Source of the DNA: Candidatus Tectimicrobiota bacterium
GTDB lineage: Bacteria; JACPUC01
Assembly: GCA_016192455.1 (NCBI GenBank)
Contig: JACPUC010000006.1
Span: 299,922 to 319,921, forward strand
Reading direction: 5' to 3'
DNA: 20,000 nucleotides
Below the pieces are notes generated by a model. The model made no database searches and had not been told where the DNA came from. It saw only the letters and a program-made list of their open reading frames with translations. The position numbers and the translations under genes are program-made. Each line of letters opens with the position of its first letter. Position 1 is the stretch's first letter. Below, in pieces: positions 7,661-15,686 of the stretch.

Positions 7661-8713
7661 ATGTCTTATGAACACGAAATGGTAGGGCGCGTCCTCACCG
7701 TCGAGCGCGTGCGTGAGCTGAACGCGAAAGATTTCTTTTACCAGATTCTGAAGGAAAACCCTGAGATCACGAAGATTTATCCCGGCATCGAGGACCCGAT
7801 CCTGGAGGGCTCCATCGACCACCACATCCACTGCTATCCTGACTTCGTCTATCGCAGCCAAGATATGATCGACTGCGCCATCGACGCGGCGAAGGCAAAG
7901 ATGCAGGCGATCGCCTTCAAGGATCACTACAACCTGAGCGGCGGCGAAGCCTACCTGGTGCAGCAGTACATCGACGGCATGGTGAAGCGCGGCGAACTGG
8001 AGCAGGGGGTGACGATCTATGGCGGCATCGGCCTGAACTTCGGGGTGCGGCCGGATGTCGTGAAGGTGGCGCTGAAGTACCCCAACATGAAGATGCTCTG
8101 GTTCCCCACCTTCAACTCCGCCGGCTTCTTCCGCACCTGCGGGATGACCGGCGGCGTCCACCTCGTCGATGCGAAGCAGCACGTCCTCCCCGAGGTCGTG
8201 GAGGTGATGCACATGGCCAAGGAGGCCAAGGTGGGCATCGGCCTCGGCCATACCGACTTCTTCGAGCTGCTGCCCTTGAGTGAGAAGGCCAGGGAGATCG
8301 GCTGCCGCTGCGTCCTTGACCATCCCCTCCTGGAGCTGAACAAGCTCACCTTCGACGAGATGAAGCAGCTTGCCGCGAACGGCGTTTACGTCGGCACCTA
8401 CTGCCAGCCGATGATCCCCTCGATCTACCAGCCGGTTGCCGATCCGTTTGAGACAGTGCGGCTGATCAAGCACGTGGGGGCGGAATGTTGCATTGTCGGC
8501 GGCGATTTCGGCCAGGTCCTGCACATTAACAGCATCGACGGCCTGCGGGTGTTCGTGCGCGCCTGCTTGGCGTTCGGCATTGATGAGGCGTCGCTGAACA
8601 TCGCCTTGAAGGATAACCCGCGCAAACTCCTCTACCTCGACGACGCGCCGGACGCCGCCGCGGAGGCGCACCGCAGCGCCGACCGCCGTCAGCAGCACGT
8701 CTCGCACTCGTGA
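7661..8713 (+). CDS. DUF6282-like metal-dependent TIM-barrel protein (amidohydrolase/PHP-like)
   Basis: GSIDHHIHCYPD, AIAFKDH, YGGIGLN, LWFPT, GLGH, VLDHP, GGDFGQ, ending KDNPRKLL. AAGGA RBS and strong GC3 bias. Confidence 0.82.
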   Translation: MSYEHEMVGRVLTVERVRELNAKDFFYQILKENPEITKIYPGIEDPILEGSIDHHIHCYPDFVYRSQDMIDCAIDAAKAKMQAIAFKDHYNLSGGEAYLVQQYIDGMVKRGELEQGVTIYGGIGLNFGVRPDVVKVALKYPNMKMLWFPTFNSAGFFRTCGMTGGVHLVDAKQHVLPEVVEVMHMAKEAKVGIGLGHTDFFELLPLSEKAREIGCRCVLDHPLLELNKLTFDEMKQLAANGVYVGTYCQPMIPSIYQPVADPFETVRLIKHVGAECCIVGGDFGQVLHINSIDGLRVFVRACLAFGIDEASLNIALKDNPRKLLYLDDAPDAAAEAHRSADRRQQHVSHS

Positions 8714-8886
8714 GGCAGGCTCCGCTGCCCTTGTCGCCGGCCTCAACCTCGCGTCCGCTCGGCAGCCGCGGTAAGATCGGCTGTGGGGGATCAATGCTCC
8801 CCTACAGCCTCCCACCCGGCTGTCGCCTCGCTCGCGGTTTCACCCCTTTGTCCTCCCTGCCCCCTCTGTCGGCCAGGTAACGGTCA

Positions 8887-9363
8887 CTACGGCGCCAGCA
8901 GCTCGAGCGGCTCGGCCGGCACGTTGAGTTGCGGCCAGGTAGCCACGGCGCCGGTTGCGTCGGTGGCCGTTATTTGCAGCCCTTCAATGGTGAACTCGCC
9001 CGCGGGGAGGCTGTGCGGCGGAATGTCGCGGAACTCCGCGGTGTGAATGCCGTTGGCATCCCGACCGCTGAAGGTGGCGAAGACAACCCGCGCCGCTCCT
9101 AGAATCGGGTGGCTGCTGAGCATGCTGGCTTCCACCCTCAATGTTCCGCGTCCCCCGATGATCTGCGCCTGCAGCACGACGTTCCCACCCTGGTTGGCGG
9201 TGAACGTGAGGGGCGACCGGCCCCATCCCGCCATCAGGATGACTGGGCTGGCGGGCACTGGTTCGGGCGCTGTTTCGTCCAACAGGGCGGTGCCGAAGGG
9301 GACGCCGAGCCCGGTGATGACGTCCTCAACGTCGCTGCCGTCCAGGTTGGCGCGGCGGATCGC
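8887..9363 (-). pseudogene. 5'-truncated remnant of a YWTD/LDL-receptor class B beta-propeller protein, keeping a C-terminal beta-rich domain
   Basis: The frame of ORF 8887..9282 stays open 27 more codons (AIRRANLDGSDVEDVITGLGVPFGTAL-LD), a recognisable YWTD blade end, up to TGA at 9366-9364. No start or RBS precedes this part. Confidence 0.6.
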
Positions 9364-9440
9364 TCACCCGGGTGGCGCGCCTAGCCATTGACGGCAGGGA
9401 AGGGGGAGGAGGGCCGGCTGCGGGAGCGGTTCGAAGATCG

Positions 9441-9797
9441 CTACCCCGGTTCGTCAAGCTGCTCGAGCAGGCCCAGCATCTCCTGGCGGTGGTAGTGGTG
9501 GTAGGCTTGGCGTGCCGCCTCGATGCCGCGCTGCAACCAGCGGCGCGCCTCATCCGGACGCTCCAAGGCTAGCGCGGCGCGCGCCAGAAGCTGGTAGGCC
9601 GCGGTATTGGTCGGCTCGCCGGCAACTGCGGCGCTGAGGTGACTGATGGCCTCCGCGTAGGCGCCGCGGTCATACGCCGCCACGCCGAGCGCGTAGCGCG
9701 GCGTTGCGTCGTCGGGCCGGAGCAGATGCTCCTCGCGGAAGAGCGCCTCGCGCCAGTCGCGGTAGCCGCCGGATGGTCCGGCGTCCTTCCTCTCCAT
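9441..9797 (-). CDS. Small tetratricopeptide-repeat protein
   Basis: Two TPR units (PDDATPRYALGVAAYDRGAYAEAISHL; EPTNTAAYQLLARAALALERPDEARRWLQRGI) plus a capping helix. GGGGAG RBS. Confidence 0.85.
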   Translation of the reverse strand: MERKDAGPSGGYRDWREALFREEHLLRPDDATPRYALGVAAYDRGAYAEAISHLSAAVAGEPTNTAAYQLLARAALALERPDEARRWLQRGIEAARQAYHHYHRQEMLGLLEQLDEPG

Positions 9798-9885
9798 GGC
9801 AGCTCCCCATGGGCCTTCGGCCCGCCCGCAAGGTCATGAAAATAAGCGCACACTTCTTTCTCAGCAGTTTTCCATGCCCTCGACC

Positions 9886-9913
9886 GCAGGGGCGGTTCGC
9901 GAACCGCCCCTAC
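9886..9913 (-). repeat. GTAG-type REP palindrome
   Basis: Minus strand GTAGGGGCGGTTCGCGAACCGCCCCTGC. Positions 9888-9911 form a perfect 24-bp palindrome. Confidence 0.85.
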
Positions 9914-9924
9914 CAGCGGGATGC

Positions 9925-10066
9925 AAAGAACCACTGATGAACACGGATTGACACTGATATCTGTGTACATCCGTGTCCATCCGTGGTTCTTTCCCCTACC
10001 TTCTCCGCGTTCTCTGCGTCTCCGCGGTGCACGCCATTGAACCGCAGAGGCGCGGAGAACGCAGAG
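9925..10066. repeat. Two adjacent long periodic palindromes (10-nt CACGGAT family and 9-nt CGCAGAG family)
   Basis: 9925-9992 has 34-bp arms matching 29/34, centred on GATATC. 10003-10031 versus 10038-10066 has 29-bp arms matching 24/29. Confidence 0.85.
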
Positions 10067-10368
10067 GTGAAGGACACTGGCCGCGCGAACGTCAGCCTCA
10101 CCATTACGTGAAATCAACCACTTCGAGGTTCTCTTTGCTAAAGGATGAGGTAAATGAATCGCTTTGACCGGGCGGCGGCTGGGAGAGTTTCGGAAGGGGA
10201 GGGCAGCGGCGCGGGGTGCGCGGGCTTCAGAAGGGTCTGCACGGCCATCGCCTCCGCACTCAACCTTGCAGCCCCCTGCGACTGGATGACTGCCGAGTAC
10301 GCGGCGCCTGCCTCCCTCCCAAGCCCTTGCACTCCATCGCTTTGCCGTGCCACGCGGGCGCCGCGCGC

Positions 10369-10568
10369 CTAGTGTGCTGTTTCACACATTCTATCGCAAG
10401 AATTTGCGAGGGAGCCTCGCCCCCTCGCGCACCCCGACTACGCGAGCTGCTGCGCAGCTCGCGGGGATTGGGGTGTGGGGAAGCAAAGGTCTTCCACAAA
10501 AACTCCCCCACCACATGGCCCGAAGAAGGCGTCCGATTAAGGATGGAATTTGTGTGACGCAACACTAG
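10369..10568. mobile_element. Putative 200-bp non-autonomous MITE with IS630-like ends
   Basis: CTAG at both ends. Imperfect terminal inverted repeats CTAGTGTGCTGTTTCACACATTC and CTAGTGTTGCGTCACACAAATTC (17/23 identical). Nested internal hairpins. No transposase. Confidence 0.6.
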
Positions 10569-10768
10569 ACAGTCAGGCGCACCTTTACGGCCCGGAGACC
10601 TTTCGGCCCCTGCTCAAGCTCAAATTCTACGCGCTCCCCCTCTTCCAACTCGTCTATGGTGATGTACTGTAAGGCGCTGCGGTGAAAGAAGAGGTCATCG
10701 CTGCCGAAACGAGCGATGAACCCGTACCCTTTGTCTCGAATCAGTTTCTTCACCGTCCCTATTTCCAT
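10565..10768 (-). CDS. Cold-shock domain protein (CspA family)
   Basis: GTVK, RNP1 KGYGFI, RNP2 LFFHRSA, EGERVEF, GPKGLRA. ATG 10768 lies 6 nt after GAGAAAGG. Confidence 0.93.
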   Translation of the reverse strand: MEIGTVKKLIRDKGYGFIARFGSDDLFFHRSALQYITIDELEEGERVEFELEQGPKGLRAVKVRLTV

Positions 10769-11020
10769 GCGCAACCTTTCTCATCCCCTGAGCGCTCCCT
10801 CCGCCGAGGGCGAACCATGGCGGTAAAACCCATCTCTGGAAACCCAATGCCGGGGGACCCAGGGGCATGGAGCTTATCCTTCTGGCCGCGCCGATCATTC
10901 ACCACCAGCACGCGCGGCTTCTCCCCGCTGAAGAATCGTCGAACTGCTTCGTTCTCGTGTCTTTGTAGCTTAGAAGGGGGGCCTTTGCAACTGCTTAGCG
11001 CGGGGCGGGCGCCGGGAAGG

Positions 11021-11191
11021 TCAGAAGACGAGAATCATGGTGAGAATGCCCGCCACCACGAGGGCGAGCGAGGCGATGAACATGAGCTGAGACGCCGCCA
11101 GGCTGCTGCCCCCGATGCCGACGATCATGGCCACCAGGCAGGCGGCAAGGAGACATGCCTTGCGCAACGAGAATGGATGCTGCCCCGCCAT
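11021..11191 (-). CDS. Small membrane protein with two transmembrane helices (56 aa)
   Basis: GGAGGCGAGG precedes ATG 11191. Two hydrophobic segments, ACLLAACLVAMIVGIGG and LMFIASLALVVAGILTMILVF. Confidence 0.6.
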   Translation of the reverse strand: MAGQHPFSLRKACLLAACLVAMIVGIGGSSLAASQLMFIASLALVVAGILTMILVF

Positions 11192-11345
11192 AGCCGCCTC
11201 GCCTCCGCGCCTGGGACGGACGCGCACATCGGCGGCCCGGAAGGCAACGCTCAAGGGTCGCCGCTCCACAGGGCCGCACGAGGAGTGGCCGAGCACGCCG
11301 CCCCCGCAGACGAATAATGCGGAGCCCGCCATGGCCGCGGGGACG

Positions 11346-11708
11346 TCACCGCGCTGCGGTGCGCTCGATTTCCACCCCCACCAGCCCCACGCCTTGGTCG
11401 GTGAGGGCTTTTGGTTTGATGACGCGCACGCGCACGCGTTCCAGGGGAAAACGTTGCAGGAGGACGCCTGCAAGGTGCTCGGCCACCGCCTCGATGAGCT
11501 TGAACTCCCGTTCCCCAACGGCGCCCTGCAGGACGCGGCTCACCTCGCGGTAATCGAGGATCTTCTGTGGATCATCCAGGGCCGCCACGGACCTCCAGGT
11601 GTAGAAGAGGTCGAGGTCCACCAGAAGCGCTTGACGGCGCTGCCGTTCCGCGGCCGTCACGCCGACGGCGCAGCGCAGCACGATCTCTTGAAGGAACAAG
11701 CGATCCAT
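11346..11708 (-). CDS. folB: Dihydroneopterin aldolase
   Basis: MDRLFL, GVTAAER, LLVDLDL, LDY, FKLIEAVAE, VRVRVIKP, VGVEIER. Start set at ATG 11708 by family length. Confidence 0.9.
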   Translation of the reverse strand: MDRLFLQEIVLRCAVGVTAAERQRRQALLVDLDLFYTWRSVAALDDPQKILDYREVSRVLQGAVGEREFKLIEAVAEHLAGVLLQRFPLERVRVRVIKPKALTDQGVGLVGVEIERTAAR

Positions 11709-11855
11709 AACGCTTGCAGAGGGTTTCGTCAGGGGGATGATTGCGGAGTGCGCCGACGGAAGCACGCCTGCTCGCGCCCCGCGGGCCTGGCTGGCCTCTT
11801 TCTAGCAGAGCCGGAGCCGCGAAGTCAATGCGCCGCCGCATCGCGCCGAGCAGGA

Positions 11856-11884
11856 TTGACGAGGTTCGCGGCACCTGCCAAACT
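11856..11884 (+). promoter_or_regulatory. Possible sigma70 promoter for the DUF2851-like gene
   Basis: TTGACG, 17-nt spacer, CAAACT preceded by TGn. Confidence 0.4.
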
Positions 11885-12083
11885 CAGCGCCGAGCTGGGA
11901 GATGCCGGCGCGGTTCTTCGCGCTGGCGCGCCGGATGGGGCCCGGTCCGCTCTCCGAGATCGCACCCGCGGGGAACCACCCTCAGAGCCTGGCAGGGAAC
12001 AGCCGCGGCGCCTGCGCTGATTCGGTCCCAGCGCTCTAGCGGCCCCTCCTCCCTGCCGGGAGGCGAAGCGTCCCCGCCAGGCA

Positions 12084-13736
12084 ATGAAGAAGCGGCTGAT
12101 GCTCCTGACGCCGATTCAGCAGGTTGCCCGCCCTCCGGCGGCGTTCCGCACCCCCTACCGTGAGGTGCGCCTCCCCTACCTGCGGGTGGCGGAAGATGCC
12201 GCAGCGGAGCTTGACGAAGGCTGGCCGCCGGAAGCCGGCGCCGCGGTGACGGAGGAGCTTGTCAAGGCGATCTGGTTTGAGCAGCGTCTCGTCTGGGAGC
12301 ATCTCCGCCTGGCCGATGGGGCGCCGGTCACCGTTCTCGAGCCAGGGTGGTGGAATCGCGCCGAAGGCCCTGATTTCACCCATGCGGCGGTGCGCCTGGC
12401 GGGAGGCGCGACGGCGCGGGGCGATATCGAGGTCCATGTGCGCAGCAGCGCCTGGGAGCAGCATGGGCACCATGTCGATGCACGCTATAACCGCGTCATC
12501 CTGCACGTCGTCATGTGGCAGGACACGGCGGCCCCAACCGTTTGCCGCCAGGACGGCGCCCGGGTGCCGACGCTCCCCTTGTTCCCCGCTCTCGCCCAGG
12601 AGTTGACGGAACTGCGGCGCACGCTGGATGTGGCGCGCTATCCGCTGCGCAGCGAGGTGCGCACCGGCTACTGCCAGCCCGATCTGCAGCGCTGCGCCCC
12701 GGAGGTGGTGGCGTCGCTCCTCGACCAGGCTGGTGATGAGCGTCTCTCGGCCAAGGCGGAGGGGCTGGCGGAGCGGCTCAAGGAGACTTCCCCAGCGGCG
12801 GTGCTCTACGAATCGGTGGCCGAGGGCCTGGGCCTCGTCAGCCTGCGCGGCCAGTTCCGCGAGCTGGCGCGGCGCCTCCCGTGGGCGCGCCTCGAGGGCC
12901 TGCGCAGCGCCGCGGGGGGCACGGCCGGCGACCCCGCGACGGGTCCTGGGATGGAACCTGACCTACGCCTCGAGGCCCTGCTCTTCCAGCATGCCGGCCT
13001 CTTGCCCGAGACAGCCTCGGGGAGCGGCGACGCCGCGACAGCGGACTACCTTCGCCGCCTCCTGGCGGCCGCCGCCACCGTCGCGGCGGCGGAGTCCGAG
13101 CCTCCCATGGAGGGCGCCCGCTGGCGGGTGCCGGGCACGCGGCCGGCCGGCCAGCCCGTGCGCCGCATCGCCGCGCTTGCAGCCTTCCTGCGCGCCTCGG
13201 AGCCGCTCCTTCTCGTGGAGCGTTGCATGGAGCTGGCTCGAGCCTGCCGCGACCTCCATGGCAAGAAGCGGCGGCTCGGCGTCGTGCGGCGAGCCGTCGA
13301 AGCTCTCTGCCTCGTCGAGGGGCCCCCCTTCTGGCAGCGGCGCCTGGGCTTCGGCCCCGCAACACTGCGGCGCCCGCTCAACCTGGTGGGCGTCGAGCGG
13401 GCCCGCATCCTGGTCGTCAATGTCCTGCTGCCGGCGGCACTGGCGCTGGCGCGACAGCACGCTGACGCCGATGTCGAGGAGGGGCTCCACGTTCTCTACG
13501 CCGCGTTGCCGAAAGCCGCGGAAAACAGCGCCGTACGCTTTGCTCGGCGGCGCATGCTGGGAGAGCGGAGCGCCCATGCGGGGCTGGTCACTACGGCGCG
13601 CCGCCAGCAGGGGTTGCAGCAGCTCTTGCGGGATTTCTGCAGCAGCGACCCCGGCGGCTGCCTGACCTGCAGCTTCCCCAGCCTTGCTGGCGCGCTGCGT
13701 CAACTCACTCCGGCGAAGCCCTCGCCGCCGACCTAG
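12084..13736 (+). CDS. DUF2851 family protein
   Basis: EELVKAIW...VLEPGWWN..EGPDF..A...GDIEVHVRSSAWEQHGH..D.RYNRVILHVV, RPAGQPVRR, LVVNVLLP, QQGLQQL..DFC......CLTC. Exact start uncertain. Confidence 0.85.
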   Translation: MKKRLMLLTPIQQVARPPAAFRTPYREVRLPYLRVAEDAAAELDEGWPPEAGAAVTEELVKAIWFEQRLVWEHLRLADGAPVTVLEPGWWNRAEGPDFTHAAVRLAGGATARGDIEVHVRSSAWEQHGHHVDARYNRVILHVVMWQDTAAPTVCRQDGARVPTLPLFPALAQELTELRRTLDVARYPLRSEVRTGYCQPDLQRCAPEVVASLLDQAGDERLSAKAEGLAERLKETSPAAVLYESVAEGLGLVSLRGQFRELARRLPWARLEGLRSAAGGTAGDPATGPGMEPDLRLEALLFQHAGLLPETASGSGDAATADYLRRLLAAAATVAAAESEPPMEGARWRVPGTRPAGQPVRRIAALAAFLRASEPLLLVERCMELARACRDLHGKKRRLGVVRRAVEALCLVEGPPFWQRRLGFGPATLRRPLNLVGVERARILVVNVLLPAALALARQHADADVEEGLHVLYAALPKAAENSAVRFARRRMLGERSAHAGLVTTARRQQGLQQLLRDFCSSDPGGCLTCSFPSLAGALRQLTPAKPSPPT

Positions 13737-13791
13737 GATGGACTCCCGAAGGTCACGGCCGCGCGCCCGTCCGGCCGTCGCCGACCTTGCC

Positions 13792-14109
13792 TCAGCCACC
13801 CTCGCCACGCCGCGCCGCGGCGATCTTCTCCTCCTTCTCGCGCTGCAGCGCCGCCTTCGCCTCCTGGAACTCGCGTTGCAGCTCCTGCGCCTTCGTGGGG
13901 ATCTCCTCCGGCGGGGTGCGCCGGCGCATCTTCTGCAAGTTCGAGGCGAGCATGATCTCCTTTTCGGCGATCTTCGCTTCGTACTCCTTGCGCAGCTCGG
14001 CAATGCGCTGCTTCTGGGCGTCGCTCAGGCGCCCCTCGTCCTCGCCGCCCTGCAACTTTCGAGCGCGCTCCATGGCAAGCTCCAAGGCGCTCTTCATCCC
14101 CTCGCCCAT
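13792..14109 (-). CDS. Small coiled-coil hypothetical protein (105 aa)
   Basis: GGAGAGGAGAGG precedes ATG 14109. MKSALELAMER...LSDAQKQRIAELRKEYEAKIAEKEI, rich in E/K/Q/R/A. Confidence 0.8.
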   Translation of the reverse strand: MGEGMKSALELAMERARKLQGGEDEGRLSDAQKQRIAELRKEYEAKIAEKEIMLASNLQKMRRRTPPEEIPTKAQELQREFQEAKAALQREKEEKIAAARRGEGG

Positions 14110-14193
14110 GCACCTCTCCTCTCCAGCAGGGCCACCGCCGCCCCGAACCTGGGTCTGCTCCCAAACGCCGCCGCGCGCCTCGCCGGCCAAAGA

Positions 14194-14225
14194 CCGCCAT
14201 CCCCCCGCCATCCCCCCGCCATCCC
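14194..14225. repeat. 11-bp intergenic tandem repeat, 3 copies
   Basis: CCGCCATCCC(C) at 14194, 14205 and 14216. Confidence 0.8.
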
Positions 14226-14290
14226 GCTCCTGGCATGCTCCCCGCGCCTGGCGATCCTCCGGCGGGGCGCGCCGCTCGTGCCGGCGGCGG

Positions 14291-15022
14291 TCACGAAATG
14301 ATAACGCTGGAGCCGCCGAAAATATCGAGGGCGGCCCCGGAGATGGCGTCGGAGTCGTGGCTGGCGAGGAAGACCGCAACGCGCGCCACGCTCTCCGGCG
14401 AGAGCTTGCTGTCGAGCGGCGACAGCCCCTGGAAGGACTGGCTCTCGATGGTCTTCGTTTCGACCGCGCCCGGGCAGATGGCATTGATGCAGATATTGAC
14501 CTTCTTGAGCTCGCGCGCCAGGGCCTGGGTGAGCCCGAGGAGGCCGAACTTCGAGACGCAGTGCCCGGCAATGTTCACGTCGCCTACCTTGCCATGGATG
14601 GAGGAGATGTTGATGATCTTCCCGCCGCCTTGCTCCAGCATGTGGGGAAGCACCTTCTGACAAAGGAAGAACGCCGCCTTCGTATTGATGGCCAGGGTGG
14701 TGTCGAACTCTGCCTCGGTCCAGTCGAGGAAGCGCTTGTAAATAAAGATGCCGGCATTATTCACCAGGACATTGGGGGCGCCGAAGGTCTTCAGCGTCTC
14801 GTTCACGACGCGGTCGAGGTCTTCCATGCTCGCGACATCGGCACAGATCGGCAGCGCCTTCGCCCCCTGCCGTTGGAGCTGCCGGGCGACCTCCTCGACC
14901 TGCTCGCCGGTGCGCGCCACGAGAGTCAGGGCCGAGCCCTCCTCCGCGAAGGCTCTGGCGATCGCGCGGCCAATGCCTCGCCCGGCGCCGGTGATGATGC
15001 TCACCTTATCCGCCAGCCGCAT
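14291..15022 (-). CDS. Short-chain dehydrogenase/reductase (FabG-like) with atypical HxxxK active-site motif
   Basis: AAGGAG precedes ATG 15022. TGAGRGIG, NNAG, IINISS, HCVSKFG, INAICPGAVET. Confidence 0.92.
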   Translation of the reverse strand: MRLADKVSIITGAGRGIGRAIARAFAEEGSALTLVARTGEQVEEVARQLQRQGAKALPICADVASMEDLDRVVNETLKTFGAPNVLVNNAGIFIYKRFLDWTEAEFDTTLAINTKAAFFLCQKVLPHMLEQGGGKIINISSIHGKVGDVNIAGHCVSKFGLLGLTQALARELKKVNICINAICPGAVETKTIESQSFQGLSPLDSKLSPESVARVAVFLASHDSDAISGAALDIFGGSSVIIS

Positions 15023-15261
15023 CCGCTCCGTCTCCTTGTTGGTTGTCAGCGCGTCACGCTCAGGCGGGGGGAAAAGGCCTGCGCCGGGCGTTCCCCAGGC
15101 ACCCGACCGACGACCGCACCCAGCTTTGCCGCCTTCCCGCTCCACGCCCCCATTGCGTTCCCCAGCCGGCTGCGTTCGGCTTGGCCGCCCGTGATCGCGC
15201 GGCGCATGACCCTGCCGCGGCGGCAGGCGCGCTCGTGAAGTGCGGCGCAGGGGGAGGGCAC

Positions 15262-15480
15262 TTACCGGTAGCTGAAGAAGAGGAACCCGATGATGATGAT
15301 CACGGCGCTGAGCACAAAGATGAAGCAGCCGATGCCGATCCAGAACTCGCTCTTCCGCAGCTCCCGCGCCTCCTCCTCGGTGATGTCGACATCGAGGTCC
15401 TCAACGTTCTCGCCACACTCATGGCAGAACCGATAGCGCTGGCGCAACTCCGTACCACAGCTTGGGCAAGTCTTCATCAT
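15262..15480 (-). CDS. Zinc-ribbon protein with a C-terminal transmembrane anchor
   Basis: CPSCG...FCHECG, acidic linker, hydrophobic tail FWIGIGCFIFVLSAVIIIIGFLFF. Confidence 0.85.
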   Translation of the reverse strand: MMKTCPSCGTELRQRYRFCHECGENVEDLDVDITEEEARELRKSEFWIGIGCFIFVLSAVIIIIGFLFFSYR

Positions 15481-15594
15481 CGACTTCGGCGCGGCGGTTC
15501 CCGTGGCGTGGCGGGCGGGGCATCCTGCCTACCGCGGCTGGCCCCAAGGCCGGCTCGCCCTGGCGCTGGCGCACCCGCGCTGCCCCCGGTCGCC

Positions 15595-15686
15595 AGTGTA
15601 AGCGCCCGGGGTGAAAAATCAAGGCTGGCGCCCGCCACCGGCGCCGGCAACTCGGCATTGAACTTCGCCGCCGCTGCCCTTACAAT
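15595..15686. promoter_or_regulatory. Back-to-back divergent sigma70-like promoters
   Basis: Plus strand TTGAAC (15658-15663), 17 nt, TACAAT (15681-15686). Minus strand TTGATT (15622-15617), 16 nt, TACACT (15600-15595). Confidence 0.55.

Noticed and set aside
9569..10167. ORFs across the palindrome cluster
   Set aside because: Their translations (VGAVREPPL, HRGDAENAE, HGWTRMYTD) are read-throughs of repeat DNA.
10154..10372. 72-aa ORF with GAGG-ATG ending at the MITE left CTAG
   Set aside because: Ala/Cys/Pro-rich sequence without recognisable features. It could be real but is unsupported.
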